Positions 10,563 through 21,565 of a stretch of 64,000 nucleotides of DNA are shown here, piece by piece; the first letter of the stretch is position 1; each line of letters starts with the position of its first letter. Made by a program: the position numbers and the translations under genes. The notes beneath the pieces are model-generated. The model was not told the origin of the DNA and did not search any database. It was given only the letters and a program-made list of their open reading frames with translations. This stretch comes from an uncultured Planctomycetota bacterium. Lineage in GTDB: Bacteria > Planctomycetota > Planctomycetia > Isosphaerales > Isosphaeraceae. Location of the stretch: NCBI GenBank assembly GCA_963823665.1, contig CAWGMQ010000008.1, forward strand, positions 448,001 through 512,000, given 5' to 3'.

Positions 10563-11102
10563 CTATCCCAGCCGCTGCCGCAGCCGCTCACGGGCACGTG
10601 CCAGGCGGGACATGACCGTGCCCATGGGAATCGCGGCGATTGCAGATATCTCCTTGTAAGACAAGCCTTCGAGCTCGCGGAGGACCACAACCTCACGGAG
10701 CTCCACGGGCAATTCTTGCACAGCCCGTCGGACCGACTGCTGATCTTCCTCGCGTAGGACCGGGTTTCCGGGATCCACCGTGCTCGTTTCGGTGCTGTGA
10801 ATTTCCTCTTCAAAAGCCGTTTCGGTGCCGCGTGAGCGTTTCTGTTCGATCCATGTGTAGCAGGTATTGCGGACGATCGAGAGCAACCAGGCGCGGCTGT
10901 TTGCCCCGCGGAACCCACCAAAGAACTTGAGGGCGCGCAGGTAGGCCGATTGAACCAGATCCTCCGCGTCATGGTCGTCGCGGGTCAGCCAGCGCGCCAG
11001 GTTGTATGCGGCGTCCAGGTGAGGCAAGAGAGCTTGTTCAAATCGCTCGCGCTCGTCGTCTCCTCGCAAGGGCGTTTCTTCCTGCTTCGTTGACACCATC
11101 AC
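10563..11102 (-). CDS. ECF sigma-70 factor
   Basis: DAEDLVQSAYLRA region 2; LSYKEISAIAAIPMGTVMSRLARAR region 4; co-directional with the anti-sigma gene. Confidence 0.92.
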   Translation of the reverse strand: MMVSTKQEETPLRGDDERERFEQALLPHLDAAYNLARWLTRDDHDAEDLVQSAYLRALKFFGGFRGANSRAWLLSIVRNTCYTWIEQKRSRGTETAFEEEIHSTETSTVDPGNPVLREEDQQSVRRAVQELPVELREVVVLRELEGLSYKEISAIAAIPMGTVMSRLARARERLRQRLG

Positions 11103-11108
11103 TAACCA

Positions 11109-11135
11109 AGACCGCGCACACCGCTACTTTATTCC
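11109..11135 (-). promoter_or_regulatory. Putative autoregulated ECF promoter (GGAATAAA...GGTCT)
   Basis: Minus strand reads GGAATAAAgtagcggtgtgcgcGGTCT a few nt before the ECF start; related GAATAA...GTC motifs at 11217 and 13603. Confidence 0.55.
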
Positions 11136-11183
11136 CGGAATTTCTCCAGGAATAGTGCGCTCTTGTTCGACAGCCGCCTGTCT

Positions 11184-11281
11184 CGCGGCAAGATCACGAA
11201 TCTTCGATGTCCGCGAGAATAATCTCCGGGGCGGGCCGGTCGAGGTAGTTAGCGTCGGGGGATTGAACTCGACTCGTGTGG
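11184..11281 (+). repeat. Copy 1 of a ~98-bp direct repeat carrying an ECF-type promoter
   Basis: Aligns without gaps to 13570-13667 at about 80% identity by manual count. Confidence 0.8.
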
Positions 11282-11335
11282 TGAAGTGAGAACCAATTGC
11301 ACCGATCGAGACTCTATTCTGAAAGGAACCAATCG

Positions 11336-11947
11336 ATGAGAAAGCAAGGTTTATCACGATGGCTCTTCCGCTCCGGCGGCGGGTCCGCGCCGCCGGCGAC
11401 GATTCTGGTCCGGCTGGCCGTCGGGGGGGTGTTCTTCGCCTCAGGCTTGATCAAATTCCTCTACGCCAACCAGGGTGCCGGTCGATTTGCCAAGCTCGGG
11501 ATCCCGGCGCCCGAGCTCACGGCGAGCTTTGTCGGCGTGGTGGAGATCGTCGCGGGGCTCCTCTTGATGGTGGGGCTTGCCACGCGGCTGGCGGCGATTC
11601 CGCTCTTCATCAATATGCTCGTGGCGATTGGCACGAGCAAACTGCCGATTCTTTTCGGCACTGGGCCCGAGCCAGTGGCGGCGGCCCCCAAGGCCGGGCT
11701 CTGGGCGTTCGTCTACCAGGCCCGGTTGGATTTCACCATGCTTCTGGGCTGCTTGTTCCTGTTCGCGGTAGGGGCGGGGGCCTGGTCGCTCGATGCCTGG
11801 CGGAGTGCGTCGGCGCGAAAATCTAGCCAGCGATACGACGATTCCGGCGACGGCGATTCGTTCGACTCGCTCCCCGCGACGGCACATGACTGGTCACACT
11901 CGACCCGGTCGCGCGGCCAAGATCAATCCGCGTCTCTATTCAAGTGA
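11336..11947 (+). CDS. DoxX-family membrane protein
   Basis: LVRLAVGGVFFASGLIKF...GRFAKLGIP...VEIVAGLLL..GLATRLAA...GAGAWSLD. Confidence 0.85.
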   Translation: MRKQGLSRWLFRSGGGSAPPATILVRLAVGGVFFASGLIKFLYANQGAGRFAKLGIPAPELTASFVGVVEIVAGLLLMVGLATRLAAIPLFINMLVAIGTSKLPILFGTGPEPVAAAPKAGLWAFVYQARLDFTMLLGCLFLFAVGAGAWSLDAWRSASARKSSQRYDDSGDGDSFDSLPATAHDWSHSTRSRGQDQSASLFK

Positions 11948-12041
11948 TATCCGCAGGTCATGACGTGCGGATGAACGGAAACCCGAATGAAGAGAGCCGT
12001 CCGCATTCGGGTGGCAGGGCGACCGAGAGGAGGGCCGGGAC

Positions 12042-13652
12042 ATGCACAGACCAGCGCAGAACGGGTGCAAACGGCCGGGCTGGGACGACCATGCCCGGCA
12101 GACGACGACAGGCAAGCGCAAGGCGCTCTGCGGTGAGGGGGCCTGGGGGTCGGGGATGAGTGAGGGTCTGCCCCGAGACGGCGGCTCCGGCGGGTTCGAA
12201 GCCGCGCCTCCGACCCGCAGGTTGGAACCGGCGCACGCGGCCCAGCCACGAGCCCTGGGACCGACCGGGCGGCCGGTCGTTCCCGGCTACGAGATCCTCG
12301 AGGAGCTGGGCCGGGGCGGCATGGGGGTTGTTTACAAGGCCCGCCAGATCAACTTGAATCGACTGGTCGCACTCAAGATGATCCTGGCGGGCGCCCACGC
12401 CGGCCCCGTCGCCCTGGCGCGGTTCCACAGGGAAGCTCAGGCTGTCGCCAGTCTCCAGCACTCCGACATCGTCCAGATCCACGACATCGGCCAGGCTGAT
12501 GGCCTTCCCTACTTCTCCCTCGAATTCATCGACGGTGGCAGCCTCGCCGCCCGGATCGGCGGACGGCCGCAGCACATCAGGCAAGCCGCGTCGACCATCA
12601 GCATCCTCGCCTGCGCCATCCACGCCGCCCATCGCGAGGGAATCGTGCACCGCGATCTGAAGCCGGCCAACATTCTCCTGACCGCCGACGGCCGTCCCAA
12701 GATCACCGACTTCGGCCTGGCCAAACGACTCGGGGACGACACGGACCGGACCCGTACCGGCAACATCGTCGGTACCCCCGACTACATGGCCCCCGAGCAG
12801 GTGCGCGGCGAGGCCGATCTTGCCGGCCCCAAGGTCGACCAGCACGCCCTCGGCTCGATCCTCTACGAGCTGCTCACGGGCCACCCGCCTTTCCTGGGAT
12901 CGACGCCGTCCGACACGATCGAGCAGGTTCGCACGCAGGAGCCGGTGCCGCCGTCGCGGCTCCGGCCCAACGTACCGCGAGACCTGGAGAATATCTGTCT
13001 GAAGTGCCTGCAGAAGGAACCTCACCGCCGCTATCCCGACGCCCTTGCGCTGGCGGAGGACCTCGACCGCTTCCTCGAGGGCCGCCCAGTCCTCGCCCGG
13101 CATATCTCCGCCGTCGAGCACCTCGGCCGCCGTTGCCGCCGTAACCCTCGCGTCGCCGGCCTCGTCGTCGCGGTCCTCGCGTTGTTCGTCACCGTGGTGA
13201 CCATTTCGACTGTCTTCGTAGCCCACCTCGCGCGGGCCCGCGCCGCCGCCATCGCGGCCTTCCGCCGCGAGTGCCAAGAGTCTTACGAACTCCTCAGCGA
13301 CAAGCAGCGCGCCGAGCTGGCTGTCGAGCAGGCGACCCGCGAGACTCGGCTCGCCCACGATCAGGCGACCCGTGCCCGAGACGCCCTGGCTGCCGTGGTT
13401 GTCCAGGTCCGGTCCCTGGAGGACTGCGCCGATCTCCGCGGTGCCCGGCGCGACCTCCTCCGGACTGCGACGTCCGCCCTCGACGCCCTTGCCACGAGGG
13501 CCGAACCCGCGACGGGTTTGCCGGCCGTGGCACTCATGACCCCCGCAGTTGCTTCACCACCGCCGCCCACGCGGCAGAATCACGAATCTCCCCAGCCCGC
13601 GGGAATAATCACCGGGTCGGGGCAGTCCAGGTCGTTAGCGAAGGGGGATTGA
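12042..13652 (+). CDS. Hanks-type Ser/Thr protein kinase with TM segment (start uncertain, C-terminus short)
   Basis: LGRGGMGVVY, VALK, HRDLKPAN, DFG, YMAPE. Confidence 0.9.
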   Translation: MHRPAQNGCKRPGWDDHARQTTTGKRKALCGEGAWGSGMSEGLPRDGGSGGFEAAPPTRRLEPAHAAQPRALGPTGRPVVPGYEILEELGRGGMGVVYKARQINLNRLVALKMILAGAHAGPVALARFHREAQAVASLQHSDIVQIHDIGQADGLPYFSLEFIDGGSLAARIGGRPQHIRQAASTISILACAIHAAHREGIVHRDLKPANILLTADGRPKITDFGLAKRLGDDTDRTRTGNIVGTPDYMAPEQVRGEADLAGPKVDQHALGSILYELLTGHPPFLGSTPSDTIEQVRTQEPVPPSRLRPNVPRDLENICLKCLQKEPHRRYPDALALAEDLDRFLEGRPVLARHISAVEHLGRRCRRNPRVAGLVVAVLALFVTVVTISTVFVAHLARARAAAIAAFRRECQESYELLSDKQRAELAVEQATRETRLAHDQATRARDALAAVVVQVRSLEDCADLRGARRDLLRTATSALDALATRAEPATGLPAVALMTPAVASPPPPTRQNHESPQPAGIITGSGQSRSLAKGD

Positions 13653-13667
13653 ACCCGACTCGTGCGG
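13570..13667 (+). repeat. Copy 2 of the ~98-bp promoter-bearing repeat
   Basis: See 11184-11281; overlaps the 3' end of the kinase ORF. Confidence 0.8.
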
Positions 13668-13716
13668 GGCAAGAATGCGCCACTACGGTCCAACAAACCC
13701 ATCAGGAACATCAACC

Positions 13717-13959
13717 ATGAGCATTGATCGTCACTCGCAACGCTTCGATCCGCGCTGGCTGTCTCGGGGAATCGAAACGGACGGGGAGCAAGCGGCCGAG
13801 GCGCCGGATGTGTCTGGGTTTTACTCAAGCGAGAAGTTTACCAGCAACGTGACCGATCGGGAGCTCGATGAGGCACTCAGGCAGGTCGCGTTGGAAAGAT
13901 GCTGTGTGTGTCCTCTCTGCGGGGCGATCGTGGGCAGCGATGGATCGGTGTTGGGCTGA
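13717..13959 (+). CDS. Small hypothetical protein with C-terminal CCVCPLCG motif
   Basis: ATG with AGGA upstream; lies just downstream of the duplicated promoter. Confidence 0.45.
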   Translation: MSIDRHSQRFDPRWLSRGIETDGEQAAEAPDVSGFYSSEKFTSNVTDRELDEALRQVALERCCVCPLCGAIVGSDGSVLG

Positions 13960-14305
13960 CGCCGGATGACCGGGCTGCGCTCATCGCATCTGGACCGCTG
14001 CAACCGCCGCCAAACTTCGGGGCGAACTACGCGGCAAGCATGCGCGAGTGGACGCGTCAGACGAACGTTTGCTCCAGGCCGCAGCTTCCGTCGCCAGAAC
14101 CGAACAAAAACGGCTCGCCGTTCGTCAATATCACGAAGACCGTCCCACCATCGAGATCATGCCCCCCGATCCCGCCCAAATTCCGCTTCACTCAAGTAAT
14201 TGTCCAGCAAGGGCTTACATCGAGTGCGTCCAAAAACGAGACATTCTGAGAACAAGTGTAATGGAGCTGCGCCAGGCGCATGAACAGATGAACAAGGAGA
14301 GTCAA

Positions 14306-16275
<1,970 letters not shown>

Positions 16276-16292
<17 letters not shown>

Positions 16293-16312
16293 CCGCCACC
16301 ACCGGCGGTGGC
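16276..16312. promoter_or_regulatory. Two tandem imperfect palindromes, candidate activator binding sites (UAS)
   Basis: GCCACCgcgggcGGTAGC and GCCACCaccggcGGTGGC, about 110-145 bp upstream of a sigma54 motif. Confidence 0.5.
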
Positions 16313-16421
16313 GCTGCCTGCTCCCATCGTGTCGGGCGCGGGCCGCTCGCGCATCAATCGGGATGGTGCAAACCTTGTCTGGCCCGGCACATCGGCGAGA
16401 TCGCGATCGCGCGCGCTCGAT

Positions 16422-16437
16422 TGGCATGCAGCTCGCT
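16422..16437 (+). promoter_or_regulatory. Sigma54 (-24/-12) promoter
   Basis: TGGCATGCAGCTCGCT has exact GG-N10-GC spacing against consensus TGGCACG-N4-TTGCW. Confidence 0.65.
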
Positions 16438-16471
16438 TTAGGGCGTAGCACGGCCCTTGGAGAAGTGAACG

Positions 16472-16742
16472 ATGCTGCGGATCACGCGGATGGTTGGCGA
16501 TGACTCAGTCGAGAACCCTCAAGCTCGAAGGGAAGCTTCAGGGGCCATGGGTTCTTGAGGCTCAAGACGTCTACGCTCTCTCGGCGGCCGAGGTGTCCCG
16601 CACCTGCCTGGACCTCTCGGGGTTGACCTTCTCGGATGCGGAGGGGGCAGCCTTCCTTCGTGAACTGATACAAAGCGGCGTGCAGGTTGTGGGCTGTTCT
16701 TCGTACATCGCTGAGTTGCTCCAAATTTCAGCATGGAGTTGA
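16472..16742 (+). CDS. Small STAS-like protein (probable frameshift near 16510)
   Basis: MLRITR... then [13 protein letters not shown]...[20 protein letters not shown]. Confidence 0.7.
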
Positions 16743-17337
16743 CGAGTCCGATGAAACCGATTCGATCTGATGAGCAATTGATTGATACGTTCCTGACCGG
16801 GGAGAAAGTAGACTCGGAGACCGCTTTCGAGGTGCTGGTCAAGCGGCACGGTCCGATGGTGCTCGCGGTCTGCCGGAATATCCTCCGTCGAGAGCAGGAC
16901 GCCGAAGACGCGTTTCAGGCAACATTCCTCGCGCTGCGCGCAGGGCCGGCACCATCCACAATCGCGAGATCCTGGGGTGCTGGCTACACGCGGTGGCTTG
17001 CCGAACCGCGATCCGAGCGCGGGAACGTCGCGCTCGATCAATGCCTCGGATGGAGATTCCGGAGGCGGAAGAGTCTCATCTGGGTCCCGAGCAAGCTGCG
17101 AGTCGCAACGAGCTCGGGCTGCTTCTCCGCGCGGAAGTCGATGGTTTGCCCGCGAAGTACCGCTTGCTGATGCTGCACAGCTACCTGGAAGGCAAGAGCA
17201 ACGAGCAGGTCGCCAGGCTGCTGCGGTGTCCGGTCGGCACCGTCAAGGGACGGCTGTCGCGGGCCCGCGATTTGCTGCGAGCGCGGCTGTACCGGCGTGG
17301 GTGGGACCAGGACGAGCTCCGATATCGATGGGGATGA
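16733..17337 (+). CDS. ECF sigma-70 factor of planctomycete type (frameshift near 16940)
   Basis: AFEVLVKRHGPMVLAVCR..L..EQDAEDAFQATFLAL, then LPAKYR...EGKSNEQVARLLRCPVGTVKGRLSRAR in the second frame. Confidence 0.8.
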
Positions 17338-17775
17338 CGCGCGGCAGGGCGACGGTGGTTGAAGCAGGGAGAGCCCATACATTCCCGATCGCTGCGGAGA
17401 TGATCGAGCCAGGTGATTTGATCGTAGCGCCAGGTGCCAAGGTTGTCGACAAACTAATCGCGTCCCTGTTTCGCTCCCCTGGACCACCGCCAATCGACCC
17501 AGCGGACAGGCACAGACCGGCATCGGCGATTCACCGTTTGTTTCCGACAAGACGTGCTCAAACGCTTAGCAATCCATTGGCTTCTCGAACAACTGCATGC
17601 GCACCAGGCCTCGATTCAAGACGTCGAGAAGCATGCCGCCTGGCGCGAGGCGTGCTCTTCTTGGCATCGACCCGAGTTGCCAACAGACCACCTATTCAGC
17701 CAATACCGGACCTGACCCCGTTTCTCCCGTCCCGGTTTCACTCCCTGAGTGACACCCTTTCGGTGGACGTAGTCT

Positions 17776-18066
17776 TCAGGCTTGGATCAACTGCCGCGGT
17801 GCTGAGTGCTTCAGGAATTTGCGGAACGAGCTCCTTCGTGCAACGCCTACTTGCCTGGCGAGAGTGGCAAGACTGACAGGTGCAAGAATCTCGATCCCGA
17901 TCAGCCGTCCTCTGCTGTCGTAATCAGCGATGAGTGTGTCTTCGACAAGTTCCCGCGTGCTCGCGACGTCGCCTTTTTGAAAACGGACGTATGCGGTCTC
18001 GAGCGTGCCGTCACTGCGGCCGCTGAGAGACAGTTCGAATCCGACAACCTTTCGTGCTGTTTGCAT
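17776..18066 (-). CDS. DUF2283-like putative antitoxin
   Basis: AYVRF....VASTREL...LIADYDSRGRLIGIEIL. Confidence 0.7.
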   Translation of the reverse strand: MQTARKVVGFELSLSGRSDGTLETAYVRFQKGDVASTRELVEDTLIADYDSRGRLIGIEILAPVSLATLARQVGVARRSSFRKFLKHSAPRQLIQA

Positions 18067-18090
18067 TGTCTTGTTCCGCGAAAACGCCGA

Positions 18091-18333
18091 TCACCAAGCA
18101 GAGATTACCGAGAATTCGGTTGGCGTCTCTTTCGCGATCACAACCAATCGCCTGCGCGCCGAGAGGGCCTTCTCGAATCGCTTGGCATTCTGGATTTACG
18201 CTGGCCTTTCCGCGTCTGGACTTCGCAAAGTTCGAGCCACTTGTTCGCGAGATATTCCGCGTTCGCGAATACGATCGAGAGCGTGATCGTGGTATCGGAT
18301 GCGCTTATCTTGCCTCTTAGACCTAGCTCCCAT
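18091..18333 (-). pseudogene. DUF4258-like (RelE/BrnT-fold) putative toxin with in-frame TAA
   Basis: IRYHDHALDRIRERGISREQVARTLRSPD..A*IQNAKRFEK....RLVVIAKE....FSVISAW; stop at 18196-18198. Confidence 0.6.
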
Positions 18334-18623
18334 TTTGCCTTCAGATAGGTCAAGGCTTGCCGTTGGCGATGACCAAGTCAAAGCCTAGAACTTTTCTAGA
18401 AACGGACTAGACCGTTATTCTAGCCGAGTCCGCGCGACTGCAAAAGGGAAAGCGGGAGAATTCCCTTTTTCGCTGCGCAGCGGTCTGCTGATTGGTTCGG
18501 CCTTTGTTGGTGTTCGTGTTTTCGGTTCGCGCTACTTTTTCTGGTTCAAGTGCGAAGTGTGTCGATTTGATTTTGCCAACGGGATGAAAAACTAGCTGCG
18601 GCCCAGTTTCATTCCCCTCAGCG

Positions 18624-18956
18624 TTGGACGCACGTAAGGCGAAGCTCGATGTGGCCCGCCGCATTTGGCGGTCCCCCGAATACCAGGCCAAACTTGGTCA
18701 GGAAATCGAGGCGATCAAAGAGGAATTTCCACCGAAGGAGGCGCCCCCGGTCGTTGTGGAGTTTCTCGCAAAGATCAGGCGTGAGCGAGAGCGGCAAGGT
18801 CTGAGTCTGAGCGATCTGGAGCGGCGTACTGGGATCAAGGGTGCAAATCTGTCGAAGCTGGAGACGGGCAAGCATTTCAATCCGACCATCGCGACCATGG
18901 AAACCTTGGCGTCGGCACTGGGCATGCGGGTGGTGCTGGACCTTGAACCCGCGTGA
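18624..18956 (+). CDS. XRE-family HTH protein
   Basis: IRRERERQGLSLSDLERRTGIKGANLSKLETGKHFNPTIATM. Confidence 0.85.
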   Translation: MDARKAKLDVARRIWRSPEYQAKLGQEIEAIKEEFPPKEAPPVVVEFLAKIRRERERQGLSLSDLERRTGIKGANLSKLETGKHFNPTIATMETLASALGMRVVLDLEPA

Positions 18957-18978
18957 CTTGAATTCGCCGGGATTCGCA

Positions 18979-19026
18979 TGGGCGGGGCTGGATTCGAATC
19001 GGCGACTACCACCGTGTGAGGATGGT
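18979..19026 (-). tRNA. Degenerate 3' fragment of tRNA-Val(CAC), att-like remnant
   Basis: Minus strand CCATC-CTCACAC-GGTGG (anticodon arm, CAC), TAGTC, GCCGA-TTCGAAT-CCAGC (T arm, two mismatches), CCCGCCCA. No D arm or 5' acceptor strand. Confidence 0.7.
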
Positions 19027-19446
19027 CCAAGAAGCGGAAGACCATACGCCTCTGGCACTTACTGTTTCCGTAATTCGCGTGTTTTGCACGGATTTCAACG
19101 GTGGAGTGAAACCGCGTGGCCCTTCGTGAACGCCTCAATCTCGGGCGCTTCCCGAATGAGAACAACGGCGAGATCGAGCCGAGTCGGAGTTGCTTCAAGG
19201 TGAGAGCGGATCGACCGAAGCATTCCATTCGGCGAGCCTCGCGCGGAGCTTCGACGGGCCGGCAGTCGCCTAAAAATCGGCGAACAGATTTTCCTCGTTC
19301 TCGATGTCCTTGGAAATACTAGTTGCGTCCGTGTTTCATTCCGTCGAGGGGGTCAGAGAAGTGTCCCGGCCCAACCCGAGCCGGTTCCAGGGGCAGGGGA
19401 CGCCGGAGGGCTCACCTGGGTAGGGGAAAGTTCTTCGGGTGCGGGC

Positions 19447-19764
19447 TCAGGTCTTTCGCTCGCGCTTCTTGGGTCGGCCTTCGGAACGCTGCGTGGGTCG
19501 ACGGCGGCCTCCAATGCGAAGATCACTGCGAAGCTGATCGATTCCAATTCCGCCTTGCTCCTGGTACGAGCGGCGCGACTCTTCGATCAAAGCGATGAAC
19601 TTCGGGTTGGAAGCCAGAGCGAGCGATTCCCAGTCAGAATTGGAAACATTCTTGACCGCAACGAAGGGTTCACCGTGGCGAGTCAAGATGACCGTCTCGT
19701 CCTTCGCCAAGTCCGCGATCGCCGACAAGGTCATTGTGGTGTCGTCCAAGGATATTACCTTCAT
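19447..19764 (-). CDS. Phd/YefM-like antitoxin
   Basis: LADL-like ADLAKDETVILTRHGEPFVAV; 4-nt overlap with the RelE-like gene. Confidence 0.65.
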   Translation of the reverse strand: MKVISLDDTTMTLSAIADLAKDETVILTRHGEPFVAVKNVSNSDWESLALASNPKFIALIEESRRSYQEQGGIGIDQLRSDLRIGGRRRPTQRSEGRPKKRERKT

Positions 19765-20057
19765 AACTCGATTTCCTCTCCATCGACCAGGAGCCGGTCG
19801 TGCGTCTTGTGACCGATTGCAACCACGATAACGAGCTCGTCCTCCGGGCGGACGTCATAAAACACACGAAAGTCGCCTACGCGCAATTCCCAGGGCGCCA
19901 ATACGTTGTCGGACAATTTCTTCCGGTGCCGCGTTGGGTGATCTGGCTCATTTGAGAGTTGTGCTTCGACGGCGTCGACGATGATTCGTTGGTCTCTACG
20001 GCGAAGTTGACCCAGATGATCGCGGGCACGCGGTGAGAACTCGATCGCGAAAGCCAT
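19761..20057 (-). CDS. RelE/ParE-family toxin
   Basis: IEFSPRARDHL...WELRVGDFRVFYDV....VIVVAIGHK. Confidence 0.85.
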   Translation of the reverse strand: MAFAIEFSPRARDHLGQLRRRDQRIIVDAVEAQLSNEPDHPTRHRKKLSDNVLAPWELRVGDFRVFYDVRPEDELVIVVAIGHKTHDRLLVDGEEIEL

Positions 20058-20249
20058 GTCGCGCCGGTTCCTGAAATCTCATCCAGAGGGATTCGCGACC
20101 GGCGAAGACCTCATTTCGCCTTCTGCGATCATTGTCGCACGTTCGCGCAATTTGGACAACGCGTAGCTGGGAGTGTGTGAGTTTTGAAGCGCCGGTAATT
20201 CACGGGCCGTGTGGGAATATTGAGTCTGGCCAAATGCGACCTGGAGGTG

Positions 20250-20465
20250 ATGCGAGAAGCGGACGGGGTAATCGCCGCCGTGACGGAGGTCCAGCGGGGC
20301 GAAATCGGGGGAATAACCGACGCGGCTACCCTCCGCAGGAACCTGGAGATGCACTGCCTGCCGGGGTCGCTGATCGACGGTGGAAATCCGGACTACGACG
20401 AGTTCCTTGAAGAACGCCGGCGGCTGATGGCACTCAAGATCAAAGTTTGGTTCGAAGCGTTGTGA
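20250..20465 (+). pseudogene. C-terminal remnant of a DUF262 (GmrSD-like) protein
   Basis: GGITD...[11 protein letters not shown]......[21 protein letters not shown], recalled as the C-terminus of RM-island DUF262 proteins; no N-terminal part. Confidence 0.5.
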
Positions 20466-20621
20466 TTGCGCGGGGTTGGTCTGAGTCGAAAAATCGTTTT
20501 GTTACTTATTGTCGGCGATGGCTGTTCTGGAGCCTGGCGATATACACTGGCACCCACGAAGCCTTCGAAGAGCAAGCGATCTATTCGAAGTTGACCAATT
20601 GGATGAGAGGAGCCGACAGGC

Positions 20622-21050
20622 ATGACGAAGCGCACGGTTGCCTCGGTCACAAGGCCGCGCACGCTTGCGCGTCGGGCGGATCAGCTCCTCGGCGAGCTTC
20701 GCCAGATGATCGATTCCGCACGTGCGCGGGTCGCCACGGCAGCCAACTCCGAACTGACGCTCCTGTACTGGCGGATCGGTCGAAGGATACACTCCGACAT
20801 CCTCGCTGGCGAGCGGGCTGCCTACGGTGAGGCAATTGTCGCCACAGTGTCGCGACAATTGGTGGTCGAGTACGGCCAGAACTTCAGTTCCAGGGGTTTG
20901 CGAGACACCCATTTTCCCGGGGACAACCCCGGGGCAAATCCATCGCGCGCGCTCCCGGCGGTAGGTAGCGGAAAAAGTGGCTGTCTTGGATTCCGCGCCG
21001 GAAGGGAAACGGCTGAGTTGTCCGCAGAAGACGCAGATCAACGCAGATAA
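20622..21050 (+). pseudogene. Truncated YhcG/DUF1016 N-terminal domain
   Basis: LRQMIDSARARVATAANSELTLLYWRIGRRI....ERAAYGEAIVATVSRQL..EYG.NFS.R.L, then homology stops near 20900. Confidence 0.75.
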
Positions 21051-21417
21051 GAATGGTGCTCGGGGCTGAGCAAGACCTTTGACCACGAATCGGACGAATT
21101 GCACGAATAGGAACTCGGGGTCACCGACCTAGAAATGCGGTATCGCGAGATCGTTCGAGACCAGATTTCTTGTACGCATCGCGGCCACCAATCTTCACTC
21201 GTCACTCAATTCTGCTTCCGTGAGGATCAGTGCGACGGGGAATTCAGAAACCCACAGAACGCACGTCAACGAACCATGCAATCATTCGCCGGTGTGATTG
21301 ATGGGTGTTCTTGCGTCTCAGATCTGAAGGCCGCGCAAATACTGGGTGTCTTGGATCCCCAGCAGAATCTCGTGGGTGTCAGGCTGAAAGCTTGACCGAC
21401 AACTTCATGATTGTTGT

Positions 21418-21459
21418 CTTGGCAATCAGTTGGAACAGGTAATCGGTGACGATGGCCAT
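21418..21459 (-). pseudogene. Possible 5' stub of a BREX PglZ gene
   Basis: MAIVTDYLFQLIAK resembles remembered N-termini of some PglZ proteins; only 14 codons, supported mainly by position after a pglX-like remnant. Confidence 0.3.
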
Positions 21460-21565
21460 CGGAGGCAGCTCATTTCGGTGTGTGCCAGCGCGGGACGAAA
21501 TCGCGCGGGGGGTTGAATAATCGCGCACGCGCGATTCCGAATCGCGCGTGCGCGATATTGCGCGA

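Noticed and set aside
16293..16503. C-terminal extension of the sigma54 activator
   Set aside because: Low-information read-through across UAS and promoter motifs after a probable frameshift.
18979..19060. Functional tRNA-Val gene
   Set aside because: 5' acceptor strand and D arm are absent and the T stem is mismatched.
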